64,000 nt of DNA, from NCBI RefSeq assembly GCF_000143415.4, contig NW_003314322.1:1-64000 (forward strand), in the 5' to 3' direction. Made by a program: the position numbers and the translations under genes. Shown in pieces: positions 1-13,308 of this stretch. Each line of letters starts with the position of its first letter. Positions within the stretch are counted from its first letter, which is position 1. A model generated the notes under the pieces. The model was given only the letters and a program-made list of their open reading frames with translations, was not told the origin of the DNA and made no database searches. The DNA is from Selaginella moellendorffii (lineage: Eukaryota > Plantae > Lycopodiophyta).

Positions 1-41
1 AGTGAGCTTTCGGTTACTTATAGAACTTTGATCTTCATGCA

Positions 42-326
42 GGGTTTCTCAAGTTCTTCTCCAGCTTCCTTTGGAAAAATGTGCCACAGGTAAGAAGAAT
101 TCTCCCAATTATCTGGAAGTTTTTCGTGACTAAAACGTGATTGATCTCTCAGGACGCTGCTACGACGTGCCACACGGCTTTACATCCAAGCCTCAAGGAC
201 ATCACCGGGCAATACTTCGTGGATTTCAACAAATCCAACTGTAGTGCTTATGGCAGAGATCCCGAGCTCGCTCACAAGCTATGGACCTTCTCCCAGGAGC
301 TTATAGACAAGCATTCTCTGTCCTAA
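42..326 (+). pseudogene. Tic32/retinol-dehydrogenase-like SDR, last two exons (captured fragment)
   Basis: GFLKFFSSFLWKNVPQ, GT-AG intron, then AATTCHTALHPSLKDITGQYFVD...LAHKLWTFSQELI. Near-identical copies at 17430-17670 (-) and 35021-35296 (+). Confidence 0.8.
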
Positions 327-436
327 AGGTAAAAGGTTGATGGTGCTAGAGAGCGAGCTAGCAAACGAGGACAACTCGGCAATCATTTGTGGATAGACTG
401 TATTTACTGTTCTCAAAAGCTCGAGCTCGAGCTTGA

Positions 437-1134
437 TCAAAAGTAAGACGCGTTGCCTACATTGTGCATTACTAAAACTTTGGTTTCGAGCATGTCGTCC
501 ATCGCGTACTTGACACCGTCTCGTTGGATTGCAGAGTCTTTGATCCCACCGTATGGCTGGTTATCAACGCGCATGCTTGGCGAATCGTTGAGGCAAACTC
601 CTCCAGCTTGTGAAGATCGAATAATCATCAAACAAACAATCAATACTTTCTATATCTCAAACACAAAGCTACCTCTATGTGCTCAAACACATAGAAGGCC
701 TTGTTTAGATCATGCGTAAAGGCGCTGGCTTGGAGACCGTAATGCGTGTTGTTAGCTTCCTTCACGGCTTCCTTGAAATCACTGTGTCACCACCGTTTTA
801 GTTTAGAGAGAGAAAAAAGAGTAAATAAGAACTTTAGGAGCTAAGAAACTTTGAGAGCTTACTTGTATGAGTAGAGAAGGATCACGGGACCGAGAATCTC
901 TTCCTTCCTTACATCTGTGTCAAAGGGAGCGTCTTCCAGGATCGTTGGCTCCATGAAAGCTCCCCTTTGCTTACTACCAACTAGAAGTTTGGCACCTGCC
1001 TTCACTGCCTCGTTCACGCTCTTCTCCACTATAGCTGCCGACGACTTGGATATCATGGGCCTGATGGACGTGTCATCTTGGCGAGGATCTCCACCTTTGA
1101 GTTTCTTAAAGGCAGCAATAAATGCGGCCTTCAC
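437..1134 (-). pseudogene. Aldehyde dehydrogenase C-terminal exons (ALDH21-like), captured fragment
   Basis: FMEPTILED...EEILGPV, then EAVKEANNTHYGLQ, then GGVCLNDSPSMRVDNQPYGGIKDSAIQRDGVKYAMDDMLETKVLVM. No N-terminal exons; abuts AT-rich Helitron body. Confidence 0.8.
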
Positions 1135-4100
1135 CTACACAATCAGCACCAGATACATTAGATCAAAGCTTGATTTGAGAACAAAGAATACAATAGAATT
1201 TAAATATGAGTGTCAGATACCTCCTTGTAAAGGCCACCTCTCATGTAAAGATGTTGCATGTGAATACACAACTGGCTGCTTTGATAGAATCCCTTGTGGT
1301 GCTTTTGTTATATATGCTAAGTCCATTTACAATATTGACATATTCCCACCTCAACTCCAAGGATGTAGATAGTGGTAATAGAATTTGAGTGTTATAAATG
1401 GGTTTTACAAGATGAGAAATATATAAACCATTACTGAATCGTAAATTTGAGTATCAAAAAAACAATTAATATTTAAAGTATAGATTTTTTTAGTTAAAAA
1501 CCAGATAGTGGAGTATTTGAAACAAGAAAGAAAATAAAAGAGTGCTATTGTTTTGAAATATAAATTACTAATTATGTTATAAACTAATTTATTTTTCTAT
1601 TCAGAGAAATTGTTGATGATATAAATATCCAAAACATGCATATATAGTTGAGTAAATTTAAAAAATGTGATTAGTTTTGGAGGATTTGTATAAGTAAAAT
1701 TAATTTCTTAAATCATATTTAGTCTTCAAGAGTAGAGTTTTCTAACATTCATCTTAAAAAATTCATAATACCTGTAAATATTATTTTTATAAATGTTTTG
1801 ATAAATACTTGTTATACTTGAGTTAAATTTCAATAATATATTTTATATTATTTGAAAAGTATAGTAAATATCAATATATTTTTTGTTAACATAGCAAAAT
1901 GATATCTAACTATACAATTTTAACTTTTAAAAATTCTGTAAAATTTAAGTATCAACAATATAAATTTAAATACAATAAAATGATGAAGTATTGAGAATAA
2001 AATACAATAGTAAGACTTTACTCACAAATGATAAATTTACTACTACAATTTTTTTCTAAAATAAAAATGTAACAATAAATAATTAAATATTTATATTTTT
2101 TAATGACATTATATAGTTTNNNNNNNNNNNNNNNNNNNNNNNNNNNNNNNNNNNNNNNNNNNNNNNNNNNNNNNNNNNNNNNNNNNNNNNNNNNNNNNNN
2201 NNNNNNNNNNNNNNNNNNNNNNNNNNNNNNNNNNNNNNNNNNNNNNNNNNNNNNNNNNNNNNNNNNNNNNNNNNNNNNNNNNNNNNNNNNNNNNNNNNNN
2301 NNNNNNNNNNNNNNNNNNNNNNNNNNNNNNNNNNNNNNNNNNNNNNNNNNNNNNNNNNNNNNNNNNNNNNNNNNNNNNNNNNNNNNNNNNNNNNNNNNNN
2401 NNNNNNNNNNNNNNNNNNNNNNNNNNNNNNNNNNNNNNNNNNNNNNNNNNNNNNNNNNNNNNNNNNNNNNNNNNNNNNNNNNNNNNNNNNNNNNNNNNNN
2501 NNNNNNNNNNNNNNNNNNNNNNNNNNNNNNNNNNNNNNNNNNNNNNNNNNNNNNNNNNNNNNNNNNNNNNNNNNNNNNNNNNNNNNNNNNNNNNNNNNNN
2601 NNNNNNNNNNNNNNNNNNNNNNNNNNNNNNNNNNNNNNNNNNNNNNNNNNNNNNNNNNNNNNNNNNNNNNNNNNNNNNNNNNNNNNNNNNNNNNNNNNNN
2701 NNNNNNNNNNNNNNNNNNNNNNNNNNNNNNNNNNNNNNNNNNNNNNNNNNNNNNNNNNNNNNNNNNNNNNNNNNNNNNNNNNNNNNNNNNNNNNNNNNNN
2801 NNNNNNNNNNNNNNNNNNNNNNNNNNNNNNNNNNNNNNNNNNNNNNNNNNNNNNNNNNNNNNNNNNNNNNNNNNNNNNNNNNNNNNNNNNNNNNNNNNNN
2901 NNNNNNNNNNNNNNNNNNNNNNNNNNNNNNNNNNNNNNNNNNNNNNNNNNNNNNNNNNNNNNNNNNNNNNNNNNNNNNNNNNNNNNNNNNNNNNNNNNNN
3001 NNNNNNNNNNNNNTGCAGTAGACAGAATAGAAAATATACTTAAAATTTAAAAATAAATAAAGTAGTGACTATAGAAAATAATATAATTCTATCATATATA
3101 GAAATATGATAGAAAATAGCTTCAATTCAATTCAATTCAATTCAATTCAATTGAAAAAATATGTGAATTTGTAATTAAAATTGTAATTCTATTCCTCCAG
3201 CCTCAATCAAACCTCTAGCTATTTTATCTTATAAAGTAGGTTTGTTTTTATGAATAATCTTATGATACTTATTACAGATTCATCAATTAATCTATTCACA
3301 TACAGTTGTTGGTTAGCTCATATATACTCTAAGATCTGTGTAAAATCATAAAGTTATAATACGTTTTTTAAGACTAATAATGTGTTCTTTGATACATTGA
3401 AAAAATAAATAAATATAATGACGTATAGAAAAAAATATGATTGAGACAACATTAGACACAATACAAAAGGAAACCATCTAAAAAATGTGATTCCTCATCA
3501 CTTAAACTCTTAATATTATTAAATTACATCTATGAACCATTCTTAAATTTTCTGATATGTTATGGTTTAGGACATAAACGATTATATATCATCAATACCC
3601 TAATATCCAAGTATAACCTTACTTTTGATTGAAACATTTTAGTCTCAATAACATTGTTAAATGCAATAAATTTAAATTTAAAAAAAGAAGCTTTAGAGAT
3701 AATAAACTTAATTCATATTTGCATTCTCTTTATATTAAACTATATCCATAAACAATGATAATGATAAATAATAAAATACCTTAACTTTTAATTAGTACTC
3801 CTAAATGTATAAACATAAATATTATGAATGGGGAGGATGTCAAATACAAATATAAAAAGAACATAAACAAAAAACATGCTATGTACTTATGGAGATTTAA
3901 TTATATATACTTTTTTGAAAACATTTAATTGAAAAAAATATATATTAAAATAGAATATAAAAATTATTGTCTATAACAATATCTTATGTTATAATTGAAA
4001 ATAGAGGACTTAATAGGTACAAAATGTCTTACACACTCTTGATTTATTGGTAGAGCATGTTCTATATTATTGGTGTATTAATAATTTTTATTTTATAAAA

Positions 4101-6917
4101 CAGCTAATAAAAGTTTTTAAAAAAATATTATTTCTATATATTCCCAGAGGAGTTGTATGTTTTTCATAAATGTGACATATAATTTTTCTCTATCAAGAAA
4201 CCATTANNNNNNNNNNNNNNNNNNNNNNNNNNNNNNNNNNNNNNNNNNNNNNNNNNNNNNNNNNNNNNNNNNNNNNNNNNNNNNNNNNNNNNNNNNNNNN
4301 NNNNNNTATGCAGAACAAATCTAGAGCAAGATCAAAAGACTTATGTAAACCATATGGTTTAACTATAGCAAATAAATCATTGTGTCAATATTGAGGCAAA
4401 AGATAAAACTCATGTAAAGTTGCTGGTAGATTAAAGTAAGGTTATGAGCAAGAAGACTAATTAAAAACATAAAAGACTTTGTTAATTTTTTAGATATTAT
4501 TAAGAAATGGATTTGGTATTTGTATGTGTATGAGATATCTTATACCATATTAGATACCATGTCATATATGAGACATGAATTCATAGTTTTATCATTAAGA
4601 TTTAATACAGATTTGTCTTAATACAAACATTATATCTCTGATGTAATTATTATATTTGGATGAAGATAAAAGAATATTAGTCTGATTTAGAATCTAGAAT
4701 GTAAACTATTCTCCACTTTTGGCTTATGAGGTTTAATATAAATATGGTAGCAAGCTAGATACATTTATTTATGTATGTTTAAAAATATAAAACCACAGAT
4801 AATAGAAATTCTATTATTCTTTAGTAAAATATGAATGTTAGAGGCATCATTATAGTTCAGATAAAAAGAATTTAACTCAGTATGCAATCAAAATTAAAAT
4901 TTCTCCAAACTAAGCTATTTTGTTTTTGGTAGTCTATGATTTTTTTGTTTTGTGAAAAGTCAAGTGCTTTTCAAGCAATGCAAAAATCCTGCATGTGTGT
5001 TTAGGGTTGTGCACCTTTTTTATAAAGGCAATGAAACATCAAATTCAAATTTATTGATGATAAAAAATGATATCATCTTCCCCAACACTTGCATTATTAT
5101 CTATTTGCATTATTGTGCATTTCTTTAGACAGAAAATTTTAGATAAATCTAACTTTATATAAAATCCAAATTTCTAAAATTGTAAATTTATAAAAAGAAG
5201 ATTTATTTATCTTGGGTATGCTATATCTCCCAGAGATAAACTATATCAAGCTCTAAAATCAAGCTTTGGATATGAGAGCGTCTCTACCAAGAGTCTCAAA
5301 ATATAATTGAAAGGGGGAATAATGCATGTTATTCATCATTTCTATTGTCACTTGTATATTCACAACAGAATTATAACTTGAAATTTGGTAACACATTAAT
5401 ATATAACTAATTTATAGATACTTTCAGTTTATAATTTATATTTATTTAAAGCTATAATCTAAACCAAAATATTTTTAATCTAAAAATACAAAAAAAATTA
5501 GAACATTAATACAAAAAATTATATATAAATACTACTCAAACCTAAATATACTTAACCCTAAGTATCCTAAGACCTTTAACTAATTGCAAAAACTCTTGTT
5601 TAAAAACCTTTTTCCTTTATTTAAACTTTTTTGTATCATTTAGTGAGTCATTATTTTTGGTTGCATATAATCCACCATTCTTCCTTGGAAACTCACAATG
5701 TAAATTTTATATCACTATATTATAACTCATCTATGATTTATCATTTATCATTTATCTGATAATTTTTTTTATCATTTATCTGATAACAAATTATAATGCA
5801 TCTGATAAATTTAACCTTGTATACAATAAAATTAGAAAAGAAGATTTATTTATCTTAGGTATGCTATATCTCCCAGCGGAGCTGGGGTCTCTTTGCTAGT
5901 ACTCATATATTTAAACGAAAGAGCCTGTATAATAATGGCATATACTGGCGACACTTATTCTGGGCATATGCCAAAATCTAACGGCTGAGATTAAACAATT
6001 GGGAGTCGTGACTTTTGGGATCATAAAAAATTTCAATTCTCTTTTAGGGCGCGTGAGCACGAGGAGAGAGCGTCGATCATAGCTTGCGGGAAGGTACTCT
6101 CTCTCTCTCTCTCTCTGTGTCTATGTGTGCCTCTGTGTATGTGTGTGTGTTTGATGAGGTCTTCATTGCAGAGCACCTCAGTAGTTGATTTCGGATCATA
6201 CTTTCCTGGTGGACCATTCAAAGAACCATGGAACGATTTAGAAGGCTACAGTCAGCTGTACGTGAACTGAAGCTGCCACTGGTTGGTTCATTCTCGAGTT
6301 CAAAAGCACAGGATACCATGGTTAAATATCATCTGGTAAAAGAGTCTTGATCCCCCTATCATCGTCCCTGTGATTCTAACTTGAGATGTTCCAGGATGAC
6401 CAAGATATTCCGGCCAATCGCAGCAACGGTGACATCGAGCCTGGCGAGGGACCAAAAACCTCCTACCAAAAGCCGCAACCTACATTTGTTCCTTATCCAA
6501 CACCTTTGAGTGAGTTCCTTTGATTTAGACACTAGAAAAAACTCTAACGCGTTCGTTTTTGGACAGCTCCGGAAGAAGTCCTGGGAACGGCACTGGATAA
6601 CAATCCTAAGCGGCTGAAAGTCCCAGCCTATTCCAACGAGGTTGTGTTTGTTTCTCCGTTTGCAAAGGTTTGAGAGGCTCACGGCTTTCTCTGTGTCGCC
6701 ATAGTTGTGCTCGATGATCAGCGAGAACAGGCTCGATGCCTTCCAGACTTACGCGGGGAACAAATCCACCGGCATCCGCCTGCGCAGGTGCATTCGGTAG
6801 ATTGACGTGCTCTGCTCGGAAATGCGACGAGGATTGGGAGTGAAAGGCGAAGAGGCTCTGATGGAGCGCACGACAGGGATGACGTCTTGGACAACGAGGG
6901 GATTCACGTTGTCATCG

Positions 6918-7108
6918 ACGACTAGAATCAAGGTTCTTCACTCTCTTGCTCATCGCTATTCTTTTTTCGAGTCTCTCAAGTCCCTGTTTGTTCCAGGTTC
7001 TCGAGGCTGGAACCACGACTAGAATCAAGGTTTTTCACTCTCTTGCTCTTCGCTATTCTCTTTCGAGGCTTAAAGTTCCTGTTTGTTCCAGGTGCTCGAG
7101 GCTGGAAC
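6918..7108 (+). repeat. Two-copy ~95-bp tandem duplication
   Basis: ACGACTAGAATCAAGGTT..CACTCTCTTGCTC..CCTGTTTGTTCCAGGT.CTCGAGGCTGGAACC occurs twice in tandem. Confidence 0.8.
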
Positions 7109-7199
7109 CAAGAGAAAAAATAGAAATTTTCGTCCACGGTTCACTTCCTTGTTCTTCAGTTGTGTTTTTAATGCATTGAGAGGGATTTCTATTTTGCAG

Positions 7200-8690
7200 C
7201 GCTATAAACCCGATCCAGCGATCAGCTCCAGCAGCAGCCGCTGGGGTGCAAATTGGGCCACACCTGCAATGTGGTCAAGAATCTCATCTACATTTTCGGT
7301 GGCTGCGGCTGGGACGAGTGCCAGACCAACGATGTTCACGTCTTTGACATTGGTATAAGTTTCATCTTCTGGGTTTTCCGGAAATATGGTTTTGATCATG
7401 TTTTGGTGGGATCGCGCAGGGACGTACATCTGGAGCAAGCCTGTGATGAAAGGAACGCACCCTTCTCCTCGGGACAGCCACAGCTCCACGGCCGTCGGGT
7501 CTAAGCTCTATGTGTTTGGTGGTACCGATGGAACCAGCCCACTAGACGATCTCTTTGTTTTGGATACTGGTAAGCGAGTTCTATCGATTTTTTTTTTCTT
7601 GTTCTTATCATCCGATGCAGCTACCAACACCTGGGGGAAACCCGACGTTTTTGGTGATGTTCCTGCTCCGAGAGAAGGACATAGTGCATCTCTCATCGGT
7701 GACAACCTGTTCGTGTTTGGGGGATGTGGGAAATCCAGCGATCCCTTAGAGGAGGAGTACTACAACGACCTCCATGTTTTGAACATGAGTTATATCCTGT
7801 TATCTTTCCTGGTTTTCTTCTAAACTCTTTTTTTTCTGTAGATACTTTTGTCTGGAAGAAGATTTCTACCACTGGAGTCTCGCCTATTCCTCGGGATATC
7901 CATACCTGCTCTTCCTATAAGAACTGTTGCATTGTCATGGGTGGCGAGGACGGTGGTAATGCCTATCTATACGACGTTCATATTCTGGCCACAGGTACAT
8001 ACATTGTGCTGGTTTTAAACTTGTGAATTCATTTGTGTTTCCAGAAACAATGGCATGGCGGGAGGTAAAGACGACTGGTGCCGAGCTGATGCCAAGAGCT
8101 GGTGAACGCAGAGCAAGGCATATTATTCTTCTATGGGGGATGTAACGAAGAGCTTGAAGCTCTGGATGACATGTATTTCCTCGACACAGGTTGGCTTCTT
8201 CTTTTATTGACATTGCTGCTGACAATATGGTTGCCGTTTTTCTGTGAAAAGATGTTGGAGGGAGAAAGATCCATCAGAACCAAAACTATCCATGCGTAAG
8301 GAACTTAAGAGAAGGCGGCAAGAGTAACGTGCCACGCCATTCGTGCTAGACAAGCAACGGGATGCGGACAAGAGCTTGGTTTCATCTCACGGAGGTATCT
8401 GCAGAAAACCTTGGACCTCTCCAAATTTTCCCTGTCAAACTCATGCTACAGAGTTTCAAGCTCACGTTCAGCCGCTAGGCGAGAAGATGTTTGAGGCTAG
8501 AGTAAGCGACGTATTCAACTATGGATACACGCTAGAAGCCTCCATCGATGGGAAGCTCTTCCATGGGCTGCTCCTCTCGTACAAGCCTGGCTTTGCTCAG
8601 GCAGTGCAATCTTACATCCTCAGTTACTCTCTAATGCCAGGAAGGAAGACATCACAGGAGGAAACCACAGGACGTCCAAAAAGGCTGTAG
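7200..8690 (+). pseudogene. Kelch-repeat protein, multi-exon, 5'-truncated and disrupted
   Basis: Repeated kelch motifs (GHTCNVVKNLIYIFGG, PSPRDSHS..LYVFGG, PAPREGHSA..LFVFGG) split by ~50-65 nt introns. In-frame TAA at 8325-8327 (KELKRRRQE*); internal deletion near 8101. Confidence 0.8.
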
Positions 8691-9034
8691 TAAAGGCCAA
8701 CCGAGCAAAGAGGAGTTCAAAGAAACCATGGATATCCATACCTGCTCTTCCTATAATTATTAAAGTTTCACAAAGTCTTTATTACNNNNNNNNNNNNNNN
8801 NNNNNNNNNNNNNNNNNNNNNNNNNNNNNNNNNNNNNNNNNNNNNNNNNNNNNNNNNNNNNNNNNNNNNNNNNNNNNNNNNNNNNNNNNNNNNNNNNNNN
8901 NNNNNNNNNNNNNNNNNNNNNNNNNNNNNNNNNNNNNNNNNNNNNNNNNNNNNNNNNNNNNNNNNNNNNNNNNNNNNNNNNNNNNNNNNNNNNNNNNNNN
9001 NNNNNNNNNNNNNNNNNNNNNNNNNNNNNNNNNN

Positions 9035-9503
9035 CACAAAGAGGGGTATAAACTGGTGAAGTGCAATGATTTCCCTCCTCGGAAACGGTAGTGTGGTTGC
9101 TCTAGGATCTGACTGGCCTGTAAGCCTGTCAAATACTTTTTCTTCGGCGTTACATGAATGGTTTGTCTCAGGTGGTAGCAGTGAATCCACTTGGAGGAAT
9201 CCGCACAGCCATGGAGAGAACACTTCAGGCTGGAGTCATCCCGAGGAAAGGATATCTGCATGGGACGTAGTGGCAGGGTAAGAGATAACAGATGAGAAAC
9301 TGAAATGCAGTTTTTGTTTTTGGATTCACAGGTACACATCCTCGGCTGTGTATGCAGCTGCATTGGAGGATTTGGTTGGGTCGCTGACGCCAGGAAAGTT
9401 TGCTGACTTTGTGGTGTTGTCTGAGTCTCCTTTTGGACAGGGCACGGGCATTTTTCCTCCAGTGGTTGTGTTCGTTGGTGGAAATTTTGCCTTCCCTTCT
9501 TAA
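9035..9503 (+). pseudogene. Amidohydrolase-3 family (LAF3/YtcJ-like) C-terminal exons
   Basis: VALGSDWPV, intron, VAVNPLGGIRTAMER..PEERISAWDVVAG, intron, YTSSAVYAAALEDLVGSLTPGKFADFVVLS...FVGG; stop at 9501-9503. 5' part lies in an N-gap. Confidence 0.75.
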
Positions 9504-9544
9504 GGCGTTATTCCATAATTATTTGGTCCTTTAAATATAGCATA

Positions 9545-9995
9545 TTTGCGAGAAGATTGGTGAGGAGAAAGCAGCCAGAATCATCAAGCAGCTGGTAAAG
9601 ACCTTCAAAGAGATTTATTTGAGGGGCGTGGTTCACCAGAATCTCAAGCTCGACAACATTCTTTCCAAGCTAAACATGCATGACAAGTGGTGATCAGCAC
9701 CTTTAGGAGATATCACAACAGCGAAGTACATGGCAGCTGAGGTGGTGGAGAACAAGGATTGGAGCTCTACATGGCAGCCATCGAAATGTGGGGGCTAGGA
9801 GCAATTTTATACAAGACGCTGGGAAAGGGAGGATACCAGCCAATGGAAGCATTTGATCTCGTGTGACAGGGGGCGACCTCTGTTTCGGATCCACGGCCAA
9901 CATCTTAGAAAAGGAGATCCTCCACTGCAAACAAGCAAGGACCAATCAGGTTCAGGTTCGATCAGGTTCTGCAACACCCATGGATTTGTCAAAAA
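9545..9995 (+). pseudogene. Degenerate Ser/Thr protein kinase fragment (CAMK/PPCK-like C-lobe)
   Basis: EEKAARIIKQLV..GVVHQNLKLDNIL (VIb), YMAAEVV (VIII), EMWGLGAILY (IX), RFDQVLQHPWI (XI), spread across frameshifts and stops. Confidence 0.7.
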
Positions 9996-10477
9996 TTGCA
10001 GCATTAAGACCGACAAGCTGTGAAGGAGTGGTGTGAAAAGGAGTGCTCCCGGCCTTGAGAACAACTTGGGCATGAAGAAAGTTCGAGTGGCTTAAAAGTA
10101 TATGGCCAGCAGTAAGTTCCTATTTCCTTTTCACCAGTACTAACTTCATTTGCTTGCGTTTTTCTTTTTTGTATTCTCCGGACATCAACATCTCTTATGT
10201 CTATGGCTGGAAAACATTTTCAGTGGCTGCCGAGAACAACTGCAGAATGAAAACAAGTTGGAACGAAAAGGAAAACGAGGGAGTTGAAATGTAAAGAAAG
10301 AATTGTAAAACGTTTATTGATATATAAATAAAGATCAAAGTTGAATCGAGATCTTTCACTAATCATCCAATATATTAAACGAAAGAGCCTCATTGATCAT
10401 TGCAGTAGGTGGCTCTAATGTTGTATATATATATATAAAATTATGGAAGTTTCAAACAAAATAATGTAAAATATGCA

Positions 10478-10757
10478 GCTTATTCACAATGAAATATTTT
10501 AGATACTGCTCAAGCAACAGAGATAAAAATCAGAAAACAAACACAATTCTAAATGCAATGAGCAACTAATGGGTGGTCTTGATAAATTATTAAAAGAGAT
10601 AAATCCCTATGCTAATGCATTCACAATATTGTAAGAAATAGAGAATGAAGTGTTAAAATTAACAAATTTTCAAAGAGGCATAAGTGATATTGTAATACAT
10701 ATAAAAGGCAATTAGACAACTGATCCAAGATAATATAATGCACTAGGTTCAAATGAT
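10478..10757 (+). pseudogene. Decayed Helitron RepHel coding remnant (region N-terminal to Rep motifs)
   Basis: AYSQ*NILDTAQATEI, frameshift, NSKCNEQLMGGLDKLLKEINPYANAFTIL*EIENE...IVIHIKGN*TTDPR*YNALGSND. Matches the Helitron pattern YAQLYI.D...NPY...DPRRYN.PT.NE. Confidence 0.7.
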
Positions 10758-13255
10758 TTTAAACATTTAGTTGAACAAAGATGGTATTCATTGATGAATT
10801 TTTTTATTATGTCTACTATGTACGATATATTTAAAACAAAAAATATGTTCAATATGTTTAAACATGTATTATCAAATCAATCATATACTCTTTCTTCTAT
10901 AGAATAAAAACTTTATAGAACAAAGAGTATCTGATTAATTCAATGCTACATTATTAAAATTAAACATAATTTTTTTTACAAAGATGGTATATAGTACACA
11001 CAATAAAAGATATACTATAAAGTTAAAAGTAAATAAAGTAGTGACTATAGAAATGATATATTTTATAACTTAAAATAGAAGAGTTGAATAGCTCCAGCTA
11101 TTATATCTTGTAAATAAGTTAAAAATTTATCATAATCTTATGATTTTTAACTTTATGATATTGCACAAATATGAGACTATATCTGAGCTAATAGACAACT
11201 CAATATGAGTAGATTCATTGATGAATGTGTAATAAGTCTGTTATTTACACTAATAATTTGTGCATTGATACATGGAAAACAGATACATAAAATATCATTG
11301 AGACAATATTAGACACAATACAAAAGGCTACCATCTTAAAAAATGTGATTCATCACCACTTAAAATTTTAATTTTAATAAAGCAATCAATGGACCATTTT
11401 TTTATTTTCTGATATGTTATGGTTTTAGGAACAAAAAAATATTATGAATCATCAATACCATAATATCAGGATAAAAACATAACTTTCATTGAAAGATTTT
11501 AGCCTCAATGTAAATTTATATAAAAATAAATTAAACATAAAGGTAATAATCTTAATTCATTTTAGCATTCTCTCTATATAAAAACATATACACAAAGAAT
11601 CTTAATGATATAAAATATAATACCTTAACCTTTAGATAGTACTTCTAAAAAGCATAAATGTAAATATTATGAAGGGAGAGGATATCAAATACAAATATGG
11701 AAAAAATAATTCTAAAAAAACTATATTGTAATTTTAAGGAATCTCTTTAAATAAATTTTAAAAATTACTAAATATAATAAAAGAAAAAATAAAGTATCTA
11801 AATTAGAATATAAAAAAAGTAATTTCTATAAAAATATGATATTTTCTAATTTAAAATAGAGGAGTTAATAGTTCTAGATATTTGTTGTGTAAAATATTTT
11901 CTTATTAGTAAACTTATGGTTGGCTAAGATGTAGTCTAAGATTTATATAATATCATAAATTTTCTACCACTTTATCCTACATTGCATTTATACATGAAAA
12001 ACATAATAAGGTATAAATATGACTGAGACAACATTAGTACATGGACCATATACAGAATTTTAATTATATGATATTAAACCTATCTATATACCATTCATGA
12101 ATTTTCTGATATATTATAGCTCTAGCATAAAGAAAAGATTATATATCATCAAACCCTACTCTACCCCAGTATAGAGTAAAAAATTACCATTCATTTATCA
12201 TCATAAAGTTTCAGCATTCATAACAGTGTTATAAAGACTTAATTTTAAATATGAAAACATGAATATAAATAAATAATAATATTATTGCAGATTTATAAAA
12301 ATAAATACAGAAATAATGTTTATGATATATAATAGAATACTTTCTATTTTAAATATTACTCTCAAAATACATGAATATAAATATTAGGTAAAAAGGGAAT
12401 ATCAATGATAAATACGTAAAATATTAAAAGTTTTTAAAAGAAAATATAACACATAAAGCTAACGTCTTTCACTTATAATTTTGCAATTCAAAAACTTTCA
12501 GTCTAAAATGCTGAAAAGAGAAACTCCATAACAATGTTTATATTTTTTAAATTTAAAAGATGTATGCACTTTAAGTGAGTTTTTTAATATATATTAAATA
12601 TATTTTTAACATCATTATAAATGAGTGTACCTATGTAATACATACTTTATTAAGAGGAAAAATTATATAGTTTAATAAATCATCAAATAATAAGATTTTT
12701 ATCAATTATATAGAGATTTCAAATAAAAGAAAATATTAGTTAATAAAAAATGACTCATCTGGCCATGGGATCCCACAGTGAGAAATTCGATTTATAGAAT
12801 ATCCAAGACTTCAGTCAGCAATCAGAATTTTAAATATAATATAATGTACTGAGTTATATTTATTATGTTATGATGTTTGTTGGTGATGGAGTCAATTGTA
12901 GAAGATATTCTTAATATGTTTTGTTTAACTATATATCTTATAATTATGATTATCTTAAAAATTACAAATACGCTTACAACTCTTTGAAATTATTAAAATA
13001 TCAGAAATAAACACAATGCTCCCAGCGTAGCTGGGACTTTTGCTATTTAAAATGTGCTATTGGCATATGGCATCTGGCGTCTTTTATTCCATTTTTAGAA
13101 TATTATTTCTGAATATACTTATAATCTAACGGTTCAAATTCAAAAACTTCAAATAGATGGCATAGATCAAGTGCCAAAGGGGTGGCAACTCTTCAATTTT
13201 TTAATGACGATCCAAATCAACAGAAAAAATTTAGGGTGATTGGGCAGATTGTGAG

Positions 13256-13290
<35 letters not shown>

Positions 13291-13308
13291 TGTGTGCTGA
13301 AATTTTCT

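Larger units (their letters stand above)
1..5899 (+). mobile_element. Non-autonomous Helitron unit (5' end lies upstream of window) carrying SDR and ALDH fragments
   Basis: 3' hairpin CCCAGC-GGA-GCTGGG at 5872-5886, then CTAG at 5896-5899 followed by T. AT-rich body blocks are shared with 10.8-13 kb, 16.1-17 kb and 35.3-38.2 kb. Contains two N-gaps. Confidence 0.75.
5900..13045 (+). mobile_element. Composite Helitron unit with kelch, amidohydrolase, kinase cargo and RepHel remnant
   Basis: Starts TACTCATATATTTAAACGAAAGAGCC right after CTAG. A second 5'-type start TCATCCAATATATTAAACGAAAGAGCC is at 10363. Hairpin CCCAGCGTAGCTGGG at 13021-13035 is followed by truncated TGCTA. Confidence 0.65.

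Noticed and set aside
2103-3050. Long ORFs spanning X runs (also 8768-9363 and 42611-43226)
   Set aside because: Artefacts of translating N-gaps.
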